Source: Auanema rhodensis
Taxonomy: Eukaryota; Animalia; Nematoda
DNA: 64,000 nucleotides
Assembly: GCA_964057225.1 (NCBI GenBank)
Contig: OZ059894.1
Coordinates: 1,736,001 to 1,800,000 of the forward strand
Direction of reading: 5' to 3'
Numbering within the stretch: the first letter of the stretch is position 1; each line of letters begins with the position of its first letter. Positions 41,201 to 56,161 of the stretch are shown here, in pieces. Position numbers and translations under genes: made by a program. The notes beneath the pieces were generated by a model. That model ran no database searches, had not been told where the DNA came from, and saw nothing but the letters and a program-made list of their open reading frames with translations.

Positions 41201-44200
41201 AAGACGATGGACAATGTTATTCAACGAAAAAATTAATTCTTCAGGGTGAAAATCGAGGATATAAGTGTGAACTTATATCAGTTGATATCTCGGTGCATTT
41301 TTAAGCTAGCGCAAATCTGATAACACAGATCGACGCAGCTTGAAAATCCGCATCGAATGCACTATACTACTTTGAGAAACGCTTAATACAAAAATTAGTT
41401 ATGATCGTTTGAAAAATGATGCATTAGTGTATGTTGAGTTTCCATGTACACTCAACATTGCTTCCAAAAACATTTTGACAAAAATTTTTTCGAAAAATTT
41501 CAAATTAATTTAGCAGAAAGTATATGTTTTTAGATTCCTTTTTTCAAGGCAAAGACGATGGACAATGTTATTCAACGAAAAAATTAATTCTTCAGGGTGA
41601 AAATCGAGGATATAAGTGTGAACTTATATCAGTTGATATCTCGGTGCATTTTTAAGCTAGCGCAAATCTGATAACACAGATCGACGCAGCTTAAAAATCC
41701 GCATCGAATGCACTATACTACATTGAGGAACGCTTAATACAAAAATTAGTTATGATCGTTTGAAAAATGATGCATTAGTGTATGTTGAGTTTCCATGTAC
41801 ACTCAACATTGCTTCCAAAAACATTTTGACAAAAATTTTTTCGAAAAATTTCAGAATAATTTAGCAAAAAGTAGATGTTTTTAGATTCCTTTTTTCAAGG
41901 CAAAGACGATGGACAATGTTATTCAACGAAAAAATTAATTCTTCAGGGTGAAAATCGAGGATATAAGTGTGAACTTATATCAGTTGATATCTCGGTGCAT
42001 TTTTAAGCTAGCGCAAATCTGATAACACAGATCGACGCAGCTTGAAAATCCGCATCGAATGCACTATACTACTTTGAGAAACGCTTAATACAAAAATTAG
42101 TTATGATCGTTTGAAAAATGATGCATTAGTGTATGTTGAGTTTCCATGTACACTCAACATTGCTTCCAAAAACATTTTGACAAAAATTTTTTCGAAAAAT
42201 TTCAAATCAATTTAGCAGAAAGTCTATGTTTTTAGATTCCTTTTTTCAAGGCAAAGACGATGGACAATGTTATTCAACGAAAAAATTAATTCTTCAGGGT
42301 GAAAATCGAGGATATAAGTGTGAACTTATATCAGTTGATATCTCGGTGCATTTTTAAGCTAGCGCAAATCTGATAACACAGATCGACGCAGCTTAAAAAT
42401 CCGCATCGAATGCACTATACTACATTGAGGAACGCTTAATACAAAAATTAGTTATGATCGTTTGAAAAATGATGCATTAGTGTATGTTGAGTTTCCATGT
42501 ACACTCAACATTGCTTCCAAAAACATTTTGACAAAAATTTTTTCGAAAAATTTCAAAATAATTTAGCAAAAAGTAGATGTTTTTAGATTCCTTTTTTCAA
42601 GGCAAAGACGATGGACAATGTTATTCAACGGAAAAATTAATTCTTCAGGGTGAAAATCGGGGATATAAGTGTGAACTTATATCAGTTGATATCTCGGTGC
42701 ATTTTTAAGCTAGCGCAAATCTGATAACACAGATCGACGCAGCTTGAAAATCCGCATCGAATGCACTATACTACTTTGAGAAACGCTTAATACAAAAATT
42801 AGTTATGATCGTTTGAAAAATGATGCATTAGTGTATGTTGAGTTTCCATGTACACTCAACATTGCTTCCAAAAACATTTTGACAAAAATTTTTTCGAAAA
42901 ATTTCAAAATAATTTAGCAAAAAGTAGATGTTTTTAGATTCCTTTTTTCAAGGCAAAGACGATGGACAATGTTATTCAACGAAAAAATTAATTCTTCAGG
43001 GTGAAAATCGAGGATATAAGTGTGAACTTATATCAGTTGATATCTCGGTGCATTTTTAAGCTAGCGCAAATCTGATAACACAGATCGACGCAGCTTGAAA
43101 ATCCGCATCGAATGCACTATACTACATTGAGAAACGCTTAATACAAAAATTAGTTATGATCGTTTGAAAAATGATGCATTAGTGTATGTTGAGTTTCCAT
43201 GTACACTCAACATTGCTTCCAAAAACATTTTGACAAAAATTTTTTCGAAAAATTTCAAATTAATTTAGCAGAAAGTATATGTTTTTAGATTCCTTTTTTC
43301 AAGGCAAAGACGATGGACAATGTTATTCAACGAAAAAATTAATTCTTCAGGGTGAAAATCGAGGATATAAGTGTGAACTTATATCAGTTGATATCTCGGT
43401 GCATTTTTAAGCTAGCGCAAATCTGATAACACAGATCGATGCAGCTTGAAAATCCGCATCGAATGCACTATACTACTTTGAGAAACGCTTAATACAAAAA
43501 TTAGTTATGATCGTTTGAAAAATGATGCATTAGTGTATGTTGAGTTTCCATGTACACTCAACATTGCTTCCAAAAACATTTTGACAAAAATTTTTTCGAA
43601 AAATTTCAAATTAATTTAGCAGAAAGTATATGTTTTTAGATTCCTTTTTTCAAGGCAAAGACGATGGACAATGTTATTCAACGAAAAAATTAATTCTTCA
43701 GGGTGAAAATCGAGGATATAAGTGTGAACTTATATCAGTTGATATCTCGGTGCATTTTTAAGCTAGCGCAAATCTGATAACACAGATCGACGCAGCTTGA
43801 AAATCCGCATCGAATGCACTATACTACTTTGAGAAACGCTTAATACAAAAATTAGTTATGATCGTTTGAAAAATGATGCATTAGTGTATGTTGAGTTTCC
43901 ATGTACACTCAACATTGCTTCCAAAAACATTTTGACAAAAATTTTTTCGAAAAATTTCAAATTAATTTAGCAGAAAGTATATGTTTTTAGATTCCTTTTT
44001 TCAAGGCAAAGACGATGGACAATGTTATTCAACGAAAAAATTAATTCTTCAGGGTGAAAATCGAGGATATAAGTGTGAACTTATATCAGTTGATATCTCG
44101 GTGCATTTTTAAGCTAGCGCAAATCTGATAACACAGATCGACGCAGCTTGAAAATCCGCATCGAATGCACTATACTACATTGAGGAACGCTTAATACAAA

Positions 44201-47200
44201 AATTAGTTATGATCGTTTGAAAAATGATGCATTAGTGTATGTTGAGTTTCCATGTACACTCAACATAGCTTCCAAAAACATTTTGACAAAAATTTTTTCG
44301 AAAAATTTCAGAATAATTTAGCAAAAAGTAGATGTTTTTAGATTTCTTTTCTCAAGGCAAAGACGATGGACAATGTTATTCAACGAAAAAATTAATTCTT
44401 CAGGGTGAAAATCGAGGATATAAGTGTGAACTTATATCAGTTGATATCTCGGTGCATTTTCAAGCTAGCGCAAATCTGATAACACAGATCGACGCAGCTT
44501 GAAAATCCGCATCGAATGCACTATACTACTTTGAGAAACGCTTAATACAAAAATTAGTTATGATCGTTTGAAAAATGATGCATTAGTGTATGTTGAGTTT
44601 CCATGTACACTCAACATTGCTTCCAAAAACATTTTGGCAAAAATTTTTTCGAAAAATTTCAAAATAATTTAGCAGAAAGTAGATGTTTTTAGATTCCTTT
44701 TTTCAAGGCAAAGACGATGGACAATGTTATTCAACGAAAAAATTAATTCTTCAGGGTGAAAATCGAGGATATAAGTGTTAACTTATATCAGTTGATATCT
44801 CGGTGCATTTTTAAGCTAGCGCAAATCTGATAACACAGATCGACGCAGCTTGAAAATCCGCATCGAATGCACTATACTACTTTGAGAAACGCTTAATACA
44901 AAAATTAGTTATGATCGTTTGAAAAATGATGCATTAGTGTATGTTGAGTTTCCATGTACACTCAACATTGCTTCCAAAAACATTTTGGCAAAAATTTTTT
45001 CGAAAAATTTCAAAATAATTTAGCAGAAAGTAGATGTTTTTAGATTCCTTTTTTCAAGGCAAAGACGATGGACAATGTTATTCAACGAAAAAATTAATTC
45101 TTCAGGGTGAAAATCGAGGATATAAGTGTTAACTTATATCAGTTGATATCTCGGTGCATTTTTAAGCTAGCGCAAATCTGATAACACAGATCGACGCAGC
45201 TTGAAAATCCGCATCGAATGCACTATACTACATTGAGGAACGCTTAATACAAAAATTAGTTATGATCGTTTGAAAAATGATGCATTAGTGTATGTTGAGT
45301 TTCCATGTACACTCAACATAGCTTCCAAAAACATTTTGACAAAAATTTTTTCGAAAAATTTCAGAATAATTTAGCAAAAAGTAGATGTTTTTAGATTCCT
45401 TTTTTCAAGGCAAAGACGATGGACAATGTTATTCAACGAAAAAATTAATTCTTCAGGGTGAAAATCGAGGATATAAGTGTGAACTTATATCAGTTGATAT
45501 CTCGGTGCATTTTTAAGCTAGCGCAAATCTGATAACACAGATCGACGCAGCTTGAAAATCCGCATCGAATGCACTATACTACATTGAGGAACGCTTAATA
45601 CAAAAATTAGTTATGATCGTTTGAAAAATGATGCATTAGTGTATGTTGAGTTTCCATGTACACTCAACATAGCTTCCAAAAACATTTTGACAAAAATTTT
45701 TTCGAAAAATTTCAAAATAATTTAGCAGAAAGTAGATGTTTTTAGATTCCTTTTTTCAAGGCAAAGACGATGGACAATGTTATTCAACGAAAAAATTAAT
45801 TCTTCAGGGTGAAAATCGAGGATATAAGTGTTAACTTATATCAGTTGATATCTCGGTGCATTTTTAAGCTAGCGCAAATCTGATAACACAGATCGACGCA
45901 GCTTGAAAATCCGCATCGAATGCACTATACTACATTGAGGAACGCTTAATACAAAAATTAGTTATGATCGTTTGAAAAATGATGCATTAGTGTATGTTGA
46001 GTTTCCATGTACACTCAACATAGCTTCCAAAAACATTTTGACAAAAATTTTTTCGAAAAATTTCAGAATAATTTAGCAAAAAGTAGATGTTTTTAGATTC
46101 CTTTTTTCAAGGCAAAGACGATGGACAATGTTATTCAACGAAAAAATTAATTCTTCAGGGTGAAAATCGAGGATATAAGTGTGAACTTATATCAGTTGAT
46201 ATCTCGGTGCATTTTTAAGCTAGCGCAAATCTGATAACACAGATCGACGCAGCTTGAAAATCCGCATCGAATGCACTATACTACATTGAGGAACGCTTAA
46301 TACAAAAATTAGTTATGATCGTTTGAAAAATGATGCATTAGTGTATGTTGAGTTTCCATGTACACTCAACATAGCTTCCAAAAACATTTTGACAAAAATT
46401 TTTTCGAAAAATTTCAAAATAATTTAGCAGAAAGTAGATGTTTTTAGATTCCTTTTTTCAAGGCAAAGACGATGGACAATGTTATTCAACGAAAAAATTA
46501 ATTCTTCAGGGTGAAAATCGAGGATATAAGTGTTAACTTATATCAGTTGATATCTCGGTGCATTTTTAAGCTAGCGCAAATCTGATAACACAGATCGACG
46601 CAGCTTGAAAATCCGCATCGAATGCACTATACTACATTGAGGAACGCTTAATACAAAAATTAGTTATGATCGTTTGAAAAATGATGCATTAGTGTATGTT
46701 GAGTTTCCATGTACACTCAACATAGCTTCCAAAAACATTTTGACAAAAATTTTTTCGAAAAATTTCAGAATAATTTAGCAAAAAGTAGATGTTTTTAGAT
46801 TCCTTTTTTCAAGGCAAAGACGATGGACAATGTTATTCAACGAAAAAATTAATTCTTCAGGGTGAAAATCGAGGATATAAGTGTGAACTTATATCAGTTG
46901 ATATCTCGGTGCATTTTTAAGCTAGCGCAAATCTGATAACACAGATCGACGCAGCTTGAAAATCCGCATCGAATGCACTATACTACATTGAGGAACGCTT
47001 AATACAAAAATTAGTTATGATCGTTTGAAAAATGATGCATTAGTGTATGTTGAGTTTCCATGTACACTCAACATAGCTTCCAAAAACATTTTGACAAAAA
47101 TTTTTTCGAAAAATTTCAGAATAATTTAGCAAAAAGTAAATGTTTTTAGATTTCTTTTTTTAAGGCAAAGACGATGGACAATGTTATTCAACGAAAAAAT

Positions 47201-50200
47201 TAATTCTTCAGGGTGAAAATCGAGGATATAAGTGTGAACTTATATCAGTTGATATCTCGGTGCATTTTTAAGCTAGCGCAAATCTGATAACACAGATCGA
47301 CGCAGCTTGAAAATCCGCATCGAATGCACTATACTACTTTGAGAAACGCTTAATACAAAAATTAGTTATGATCGTTTGAAAAATGATGCATTAGTGTATG
47401 TTGAGTTTCCATGTACACTCAACATTGCTTCCAAAAACATTTTGACAAAAATTTTTTCGAAAAATTTCAGAATATTTTAGCAAAAAGTAGATGTTTTTAG
47501 ATTCCTTTTTTCAAGGCAAAGACGATGGACAATGTTATTCAACGAAAAAATTAATTCTTCAGGGTGAAAATCGAGGATATAAGTGTGAACTTATATCAGT
47601 TGATATCTCGGTGCATTTTTAAGCTAGCGCAAATCTGATAACACAGATCGACGCAGCTTGAAAATCCGCATCGAATGCACTATACTACATTGAGGAACGC
47701 TTAATACAAAAATTAGTTATGATCGTTTGAAAAATGATGCATTAGTGTATGTTGAGTTTCCATGTACACTCAACATAGCTTCCAAAAACATTTTGACAAA
47801 AATTTTTTCGAAAAATTTCAGAATAATTTAGCAAAAAGTAGATGTTTTTAGATTTCTTTTTTTAAGGCAAAGACGATGGACAATGTTATTCAACGAAAAA
47901 ATTAATTCTTCAGGGTGAAAATCGAGGATATAAGTGTGAACTTATATCAGTTGATATCTCGGTGCATTTTTAAGCTAGCGCAAATCTGATAACACAGATC
48001 GACGCAGCTTAAAAATCCGCATCGAATGCACTATACTACATTGAGGAACGCTTAATACAAAAATTAGTTATGATCGTTTGAAAAATGATGCATTAGTGTA
48101 TGTTGAGTTTCCATGTACACTCAACATTGCTTCCAAAAACATTTTGACAAAAATTTTTTCGAAAAATTTCAGAATAATTTAGCAAAAAGTAGATGTTTTT
48201 AGATTCCTTTTTTCAAGGCAAAGACGATGGACAATGTTATTCAACGAAAAAATTAATTCTTCAGGGTGAAAATCGAGGATATAAGTGTGAACTTATATCA
48301 GTTGATATCTCGGTGCATTTTTAAGCTAGCGCAAATCTGATAACACAGATCGACACAGCTTAAAAATCCGCATCGAATGCACTATACTACATTGAGGAAC
48401 GCTTAATACAAAAATTAGTTATGATCGTTTGAAAAATGATGCATTAGTGTATGTTGAGTTTCCATGTACACTCAACATAGCTTCCAAAAACATTTTGACA
48501 AAAATTTTTTCGAAAAATTTCAGAATAATTTAGCAAAAAGTAGATGTTTTTAGATTTCTTTTTTTAAGGCAAAGACGATGGACAATGTTATTCAACGAAA
48601 AAATTAATTCTTCAGGGTGAAAATCGAGGATATAAGTGTGAACTTATATCAGTTGATATCTCGGTGCATTTTTAAGCTAGCGCAAATCTGATAACACAGA
48701 TCGACGCAGCTTAAAAATCCGCATCGAATGCACTATACTACATTGAGGAACGCTTAATACAAAAATTAGTTATGATCGTTTGAAAAATGATGCATTAGTG
48801 TATGTTGAGTTTCCATGTACACTCAACATTGCTTCCAAAAACATTTTGACAAAAATTTTTTCGAAAAATTTCAGAATAATTTAGCAAAAAGTAGATGTTT
48901 TTAGATTCCTTTTTCAAGGCAAAGACGATGGACAATGTTATTCAACGAAAAAATTAATTCTTCAGGGTGAAAATCGAGGATATAAGTGTGAACTTATATC
49001 AGTTGATATCTCGGTGCATTTTTAAGCTAGCGCAAATCTGATAACACAGATCGACGCAGCTTGAAAATCCGCATCGAATGCACTATACTACTTTGAGAAA
49101 CGCTTAATACAAAAATTAGTTATGATCGTTTGAAAAATGATGCATTAGTGTATGTTGAGTTTCCATGTACACTCAACATTGCTTCCAAAAACATTTTGAC
49201 AAAAATTTTTTCGAAAAATTTCAAATTAATTTAGCAGAAAGTATATGTTTTTAGATTCCTTTTTTCAAGGCAAAGACGATGGACAATGTTATTCAACGAA
49301 AAAATTAATTCTTCAGGGTGAAAATCGAGGATATAAGTGTGAACTTATATCAGTTGATATCTCGGTGCATTTTTAAGCTAGCGCAAATCTGATAACACAG
49401 ATCGACACAGCTTAAAAATCCGCATCGAATGCACTATACTACATTGAGGAACGCTTAATACAAAAATTAGTTATGATCGTTTGAAAAATGATGCATTAGT
49501 GTATGTTGAGTTTCCATGTACACTCAACATAGCTTCCAAAAACATTTTGACAAAAATTTTTTCGAAAAATTTCAGAATAATTTAGCAAAAAGTAGATGTT
49601 TTTAGATTTCTTTTTTTAAGGCAAAGACGATGGACAATGTTATTCAACGAAAAAATTAATTCTTCAGGGTGAAAATCGAGGATATAAGTGTGAACTTATA
49701 TCAGTTGATATCTCGGTGCATTTTTAAGCTAGCGCAAATCTGATAACACAGATCGACGCAGCTTAAAAATCCGCATCGAATGCACTATACTACATTGAGG
49801 AACGCTTAATACAAAAATTAGTTATGATCGTTTGAAAAATGATGCATTAGTGTATGTTGAGTTTCCATGTACACTCAACATTGCTTCCAAAAACATTTTG
49901 ACAAAAATTTTTTCGAAAAATTTCAGAATAATTTAGCAAAAAGTAGATGTTTTTAGATTCCTTTTTTCAAGGCAAAGACGATGGACAATGTTATTCAACG
50001 AAAAAATTAATTCTTCAGGGTGAAAATCGAGGATATAAGTGTGAACTTATATCAGTTGATATCTCGGTGCATTTTTAAGCTAGCGCAAATCTGATAACAC
50101 AGATCGACGCAGCTTGAAAATCCGCATCGAATGCACTATACTACTTTGAGAAACGCTTAATACAAAAATTAGTTATGATCGTTTGAAAAATGATGCATTA

Positions 50201-51598
50201 GTGTATGTTGAGTTTCCATGTACACTCAACATTGCTTCCAAAAACATTTTGACAAAAATTTTTTCGAAAAATTTCAAATTAATTTAGCAGAAAGTATATG
50301 TTTTTAGATTCCTTTTTTCAAGGCAAAGACGATGGACAATGTTATTCAACGAAAAAATTAATTCTTCAGGGTGAAAATCGAGGATATAAGTGTGAACTTA
50401 TATCAGTTGATATCTCGGTGCATTTTTAAGCTAGCGCAAATCTGATAACACAGATCGACGCAGCTTAAAAATCCGCATCGAATGCACTATACTACATTGA
50501 GGAACGCTTAATACAAAAATTAGTTATGATCGTTTGAAAAATGATGCATTAGTGTATGTTGAGTTTCCATGTACACTCAACATTGCTTCCAAAAACATTT
50601 TGACAAAAATTTTTTCGAAAAATTTCAGAATAATTTAGCAAAAAGTAGATGTTTTTAGATTCCTTTTTTCAAGGCAAAGACGATGGACAATGTTATTCAA
50701 CGAAAAAATTAATTCTTCAGGGTGAAAATCGAGGATATAAGTGTGAACTTATATCAGTTGATATCTCGGTGCATTTTTAAGCTAGCGCAAATCTGATAAC
50801 ACAGATCGACGCAGCTTGAAAATCCGCATCGAATGCACTATACTACTTTGAGAAACGCTTAATACAAAAATTAGTTATGATCGTTTGAAAAATGATGCAT
50901 TAGTGTATGTTGAGTTTCCATGTACACTCAACATTGCTTCCAAAAACATTTTGACAAAAATTTTTTCGAAAAATTTCAAATCAATTTAGCAGAAAGTATA
51001 TGTTTTTAGATTCCTTTTTTCAAGGCAAAGACGATGGACAATGTTATTCAACGAAAAAATTAATTCTTCAGGGTGAAAATCGAGGATATAAGTGTGAACT
51101 TATATCAGTTGATATCTCGGTGCATTTTTAAGCTAGCGCAAATCTGATAACACAGATCGACGCAGCTTAAAAATCCGCATCGAATGCACTATACTACATT
51201 GAGGAACGCTTAATACAAAAATTAGTTATGATCGTTTGAAAAATGATGCATTAGTGTATGTTGAGTTTCCATGTACACTCAACATTGCTTCCAAAAACAT
51301 TTTGACAAAAATTTTTTCGAAAAATTTCAAAATAATTTAGCAAAAAGTAGATGTTTTTAGATTCCTTTTTTCAAGGCAAAGACGATGGACAATGTTATTC
51401 AACGGAAAAATTAATTCTTCAGGGTGAAAATCGGGGATATAAGTGTGAACTTATATCAGTTGATATCTCGGTGCATTTTTAAGCTAGCGCAAATCTGATA
51501 ACACAGATCGACGCAGCTTGAAAATCCGCATCGAATGCACTATACTACTTTGAGAAACGCTTAATACAAAAATTAGTTATGATCGTTTGAAAAATGAT
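38262..51598. repeat. Degenerate large duplication starting at a 17-monomer (5967-bp) offset, M110-126 re-used in M127-147
   Basis: T233C at 38494 and 44461; paired TTTGGC monomers M111/112 and M128/129; M113-115 recur as M135-137 and M119-122 as M144-147. Confidence 0.75.
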
Positions 51599-54500
51599 GC
51601 ATTAGTGTATGTTGAGTTTCCATGTACACTCAACATTGCTTCCAAAAACATTTTGACAAAAATTTTTTCGAAAAATTTCAAAATAATTTAGCAAAAAGTA
51701 GATGTTTTTAGATTCCTTTTTTCAAGGCAAAGACGATGGACAATGTTATTCAACGAAAAAATTAATTCTTCAGGGTGAAAATCGAGGATATAAGTGTGAA
51801 CTTATATCAGTTGATATCTCGGTGCATTTTTAAGCTAGCGCAAATCTGATAACACAGATCTACGCAGCTTGAAAATCCGCATCGAATGCACTATACTACT
51901 TTGAGAAACGCTTAATACAAAAATTAGTTATGATCGTTTGAAAAATGATGCATTAGTGTATGTTGAGTTTCCATGTACACTCAACATAGCTTCCAAAAAC
52001 ATTTTGACAAAAATTTTTTCGAAAAATTTCAGAATAATTTAGCAAAAAGTAGATGTTTTTAGATTCCTTTTTTCAAGGCAAAGACGATGGACAATGTTAT
52101 TCAACGAAAAAATTAATTCTTCAGGGTGAAAATCGAGGATATAAGTGTGAACTTATATCAGTTGATATCTCGGTGCATTTTTAAGCTAGCGCAAATCTGA
52201 TAACACAGATCGACGCAGCTTGAAAATCCGCATCGAATGCACTATACTACTTTGAGAAACGCTTAATACAAAAATTAGTTATGATCGTTTGAAAAATGAT
52301 GCATTAGTGTATGTTGAGTTTCCATGTACACTCAACATTGCTTCCAAAAACATTTTGACAAAAATTTTTTCGAAAAATTTCAGAATATTTTAGCAAAAAG
52401 TAGATGTTTTTAGATTCCTTTTTTCAAGGCAAAGACGATGGACAATGTTATTCAACGAAAAAATTAATTCTTCAGGGTGAAAATCGAGGATATAAGTGTG
52501 AACTTATATCAGTTGATATCTCGGTGCATTTTTAAGCTAGCGCAAATCTGATAACACAGATCGACGCAGCTTGAAAATCCGCATCGAATGCACTATACTA
52601 CATTGAGGAACGCTTAATACAAAAATTAGTTATGATCGTTTGAAAAATGATGCATTAGTGTATGTTGAGTTTCCATGTACACTCAACATAGCTTCCAAAA
52701 ACATTTTGACAAAAATTTTTTCGAAAAATTTCAGAATAATTTAGCAAAAAGTAGATGTTTTTAGATTTCTTTTTTTAAGGCAAAGACGATGGACAATGTT
52801 ATTCAACGAAAAAATTAATTCTTCAGGGTGAAAATCGAGGATATAAGTGTGAACTTATATCAGTTGATATCTCGGTGCATTTTTAAGCTAGCGCAAATCT
52901 GATAACACAGATCGACGCAGCTTAAAAATCCGCATCGAATGCACTATACTACATTGAGGAACGCTTAATACAAAAATTAGTTATGATCGTTTGAAAAATG
53001 ATGCATTAGTGTATGTTGAGTTTCCATGTACACTCAACATTGCTTCCAAAAACATTTTGACAAAAATTTTTTCGAAAAATTTCAGAATAATTTAGCAAAA
53101 AGTAGATGTTTTTAGATTCCTTTTTTCAAGGCAAAGACGATGGACAATGTTATTCAACGAAAAAATTAATTCTTCAGGGTGAAAATCGAGGATATAAGTG
53201 TGATTTTATATCAGTTGATATCTCGGTGCATTTTTAAGCTAGCGCAAATCTGATAACACAGATCGACGCAGCTTAAAAATCCGCATCGAATGCACTATAC
53301 TACATTGAGGAACGCTTAATACAAAAATTAGTTATGATCGTTTGAAAAATGATGCATTAGTGTATGTTGAGTTTCCATGTACACTCAACATTGCTTCCAA
53401 AAACATTTTGACAAAAATTTTTTCGAAAAATTTCAGAATAATTTAGCAAAAAGTAGATGTTTTTAGATTCCTTTTTTCAAGGCAAAGACGATGGACAATG
53501 TTATTCAACGAAAAAATTAATTCTTCAGGGTGAAAATCGAGGATATAAGTGTGAACTTATATCAGTTGATATCTCGGTGCATTTTTAAGCTAGCGCAAAT
53601 CTGATAACACAGATCGACGCAGCTTGAAAATCCGCATCGAATGCACTATACTACTTTGAGAAACGCTTAATACAAAAATTAGTTATGATCGTTTGAAAAA
53701 TGATGCATTAGTGTATGTTGAGTTTCCATGTACACTCAACATTGCTTCCAAAAACATTTTGACAAAAATTTTTTCGAAAAATTTCAAATCAATTTAGCAG
53801 AAAGTATATGTTTTTAGATTCCTTTTTTCAAGGCAAAGACGATGGACAATGTTATTCAACGAAAAAATTAATTCTTCAGGGTGAAAATCGAGGATATAAG
53901 TGTGAACTTATATCAGTTGATATCTCGGTGCATTTTTAAGCTAGCGCAAATCTGATAACACAGATCGACGCAGCTTAAAAATCCGCATCGAATGCACTAT
54001 ACTACATTGAGGAACGCTTAATACAAAAATTAGTTATGATCGTTTGAAAAATGATGCATTAGTGTATGTTGAGTTTCCATGTACACTCAACATTGCTTCC
54101 AAAAACATTTTGACAAAAATTTTTTCGAAAAATTTCAAAATAATTTAGCAAAAAGTAGATGTTTTTAGATTCCTTTTTTCAAGGCAAAGACGATGGACAA
54201 TGTTATTCAACGAAAAAATTAATTCTTCAGGGTGAAAATCGAGGATATAAGTGTGAACTTATATCAGTTGATATCTCGGTGCATTTTTAAGCTAGCGCAA
54301 ATCTGATAACACAGATCGACGCAGCTTGAAAATCCGCATCGAATGCACTATACTACATTGAGAAACGCTTAATACAAAAATTAGTTATGATCGTTTGAAA
54401 AATGATGCATTAGTGTATGTTGAGTTTCCATGTACACTCAACATTGCTTCCAAAAACATTTTGACAAAAATTTTTTCGAAAAATTTCAAATTAATTTAGC

Positions 54501-56161
54501 AGAAAGTATATGTTTTTAGATTCCTTTTTTCAAGGCAAAGACGATGGACAATGTTATTCAACGAAAAAATTAATTCTTCAGGGTGAAAATCGAGGATATA
54601 AGTGTGAACTTATATCAGTTGATATCTCGGTGCATTTTTAAGCTAGCGCAAATCTGATAACACAGATCGACGCAGCTTGAAAATCCGCATCGAATGCACT
54701 ATACTACTTTGAGAAACGCTTAATACAAAAATTAGTTATGATCGTTTGAAAAATGATGCATTAGTGTATGTTGAGTTTCCATGTACACTCAACATTGCTT
54801 CCAAAAACATTTTGACAAAAATTTTTTCGAAAAATTTCAAATTAATTTAGCAGAAAGTATATGTTTTTAGATTCCTTTTTTCAAGGCAAAGACGATGGAC
54901 AATGTTATTCAACGAAAAAATTAATTCTTCAGGGTGAAAATCGAGGATATAAGTGTGAACTTATATCAGTTGATATCTCGGTGCATTTTTAAGCTAGCGC
55001 AAATCTGATAACACAGATCGACGCAGCTTGAAAATCCGCATCGAATGCACTATACTACATTGAGGAACGCTTAATACAAAAATTAGTTATGATCGTTTGA
55101 AAAATGATGCATTAGTGTATGTTGAGTTTCCATGTACACTCAACATAGCTTCCAAAAACATTTTGACAAAAATTTTTTCGAAAAATTTCAAAATAATTTA
55201 GCAGAAAGTAGATGTTTTTAGATTCCTTTTTTTAAGGCAAAGACGATGGACAATGTTATTCAACGAAAAAATTAATTCTTCAGGGTGAAAATCGAGGATA
55301 TAAGTGTGAACTTATATCAGTTGATATCTCGGTGCATTTTTAAGCTAGCGCAAATCTGATAACACAGATCGACGCAGCTTGAAAATCCGCATCGAATGCA
55401 CTATACTACTTTGAGAAACGCTTAATACAAAAATTAGTTATGATCGTTTGAAAAATGATGCATTAGTGTATGTTGAGTTTCCATGTACACTCAACATTGC
55501 TTCCAAAAACATTTTGACAAAAATTTTTTCGAAAAATTTCAAATTAATTTAGCAGAAAGTATATGTTTTTAGATTCCTTTTTTTAAGGCAAAGACGACGG
55601 ACAATGTTATTCAACGAAAAAATTAATTCTTCAGGGTGAAAATCGAGGATATAAGTGTGAACTTATATCAGTTGATATCTCGGTGCATTTTTAAGCTAGC
55701 GCAAATCTGATAACACAGATCGACGCAGCTTGAAAATCCGCATCGAATGCACTATACTACTTTGAGAAACGCTTAATACAAAAATTAGTTATGATCGTTT
55801 GAAAAATGATGCATTAGTGTATGTTGAGTTTCCATGTACACTCAACATAGCTTCCAAAAACATTTTGACAAAAATTTTTTCGAAAAATTTCAAAATAATT
55901 TAGCAGAAAGTAGATGTTTTTAGATTCCTTTTTTTAAGGCAAAGACGATGGACAATGTTATTCAACGAAAAAATTAATTCTTCAGGGTGAAAATCGAGGA
56001 TATAAGTGTGAACTTATATCAGTTGATATCTCGGTGCATTTTTAAGCTAGCGCAAATCTGATAACACAGATCGACGCAGCTTGAAAATCCGCATCGAATG
56101 CACTATACTACATTGAGGAACGCTTAATACAAAAATTAGTTATGATCGTTTGAAAAATGAT

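Noticed and set aside
48910-48914. 1-bp deletion in the T6 run of M140 as a meaningful event
   Set aside because: It is a singleton homopolymer change that cannot be told apart from a sequencing or consensus error.
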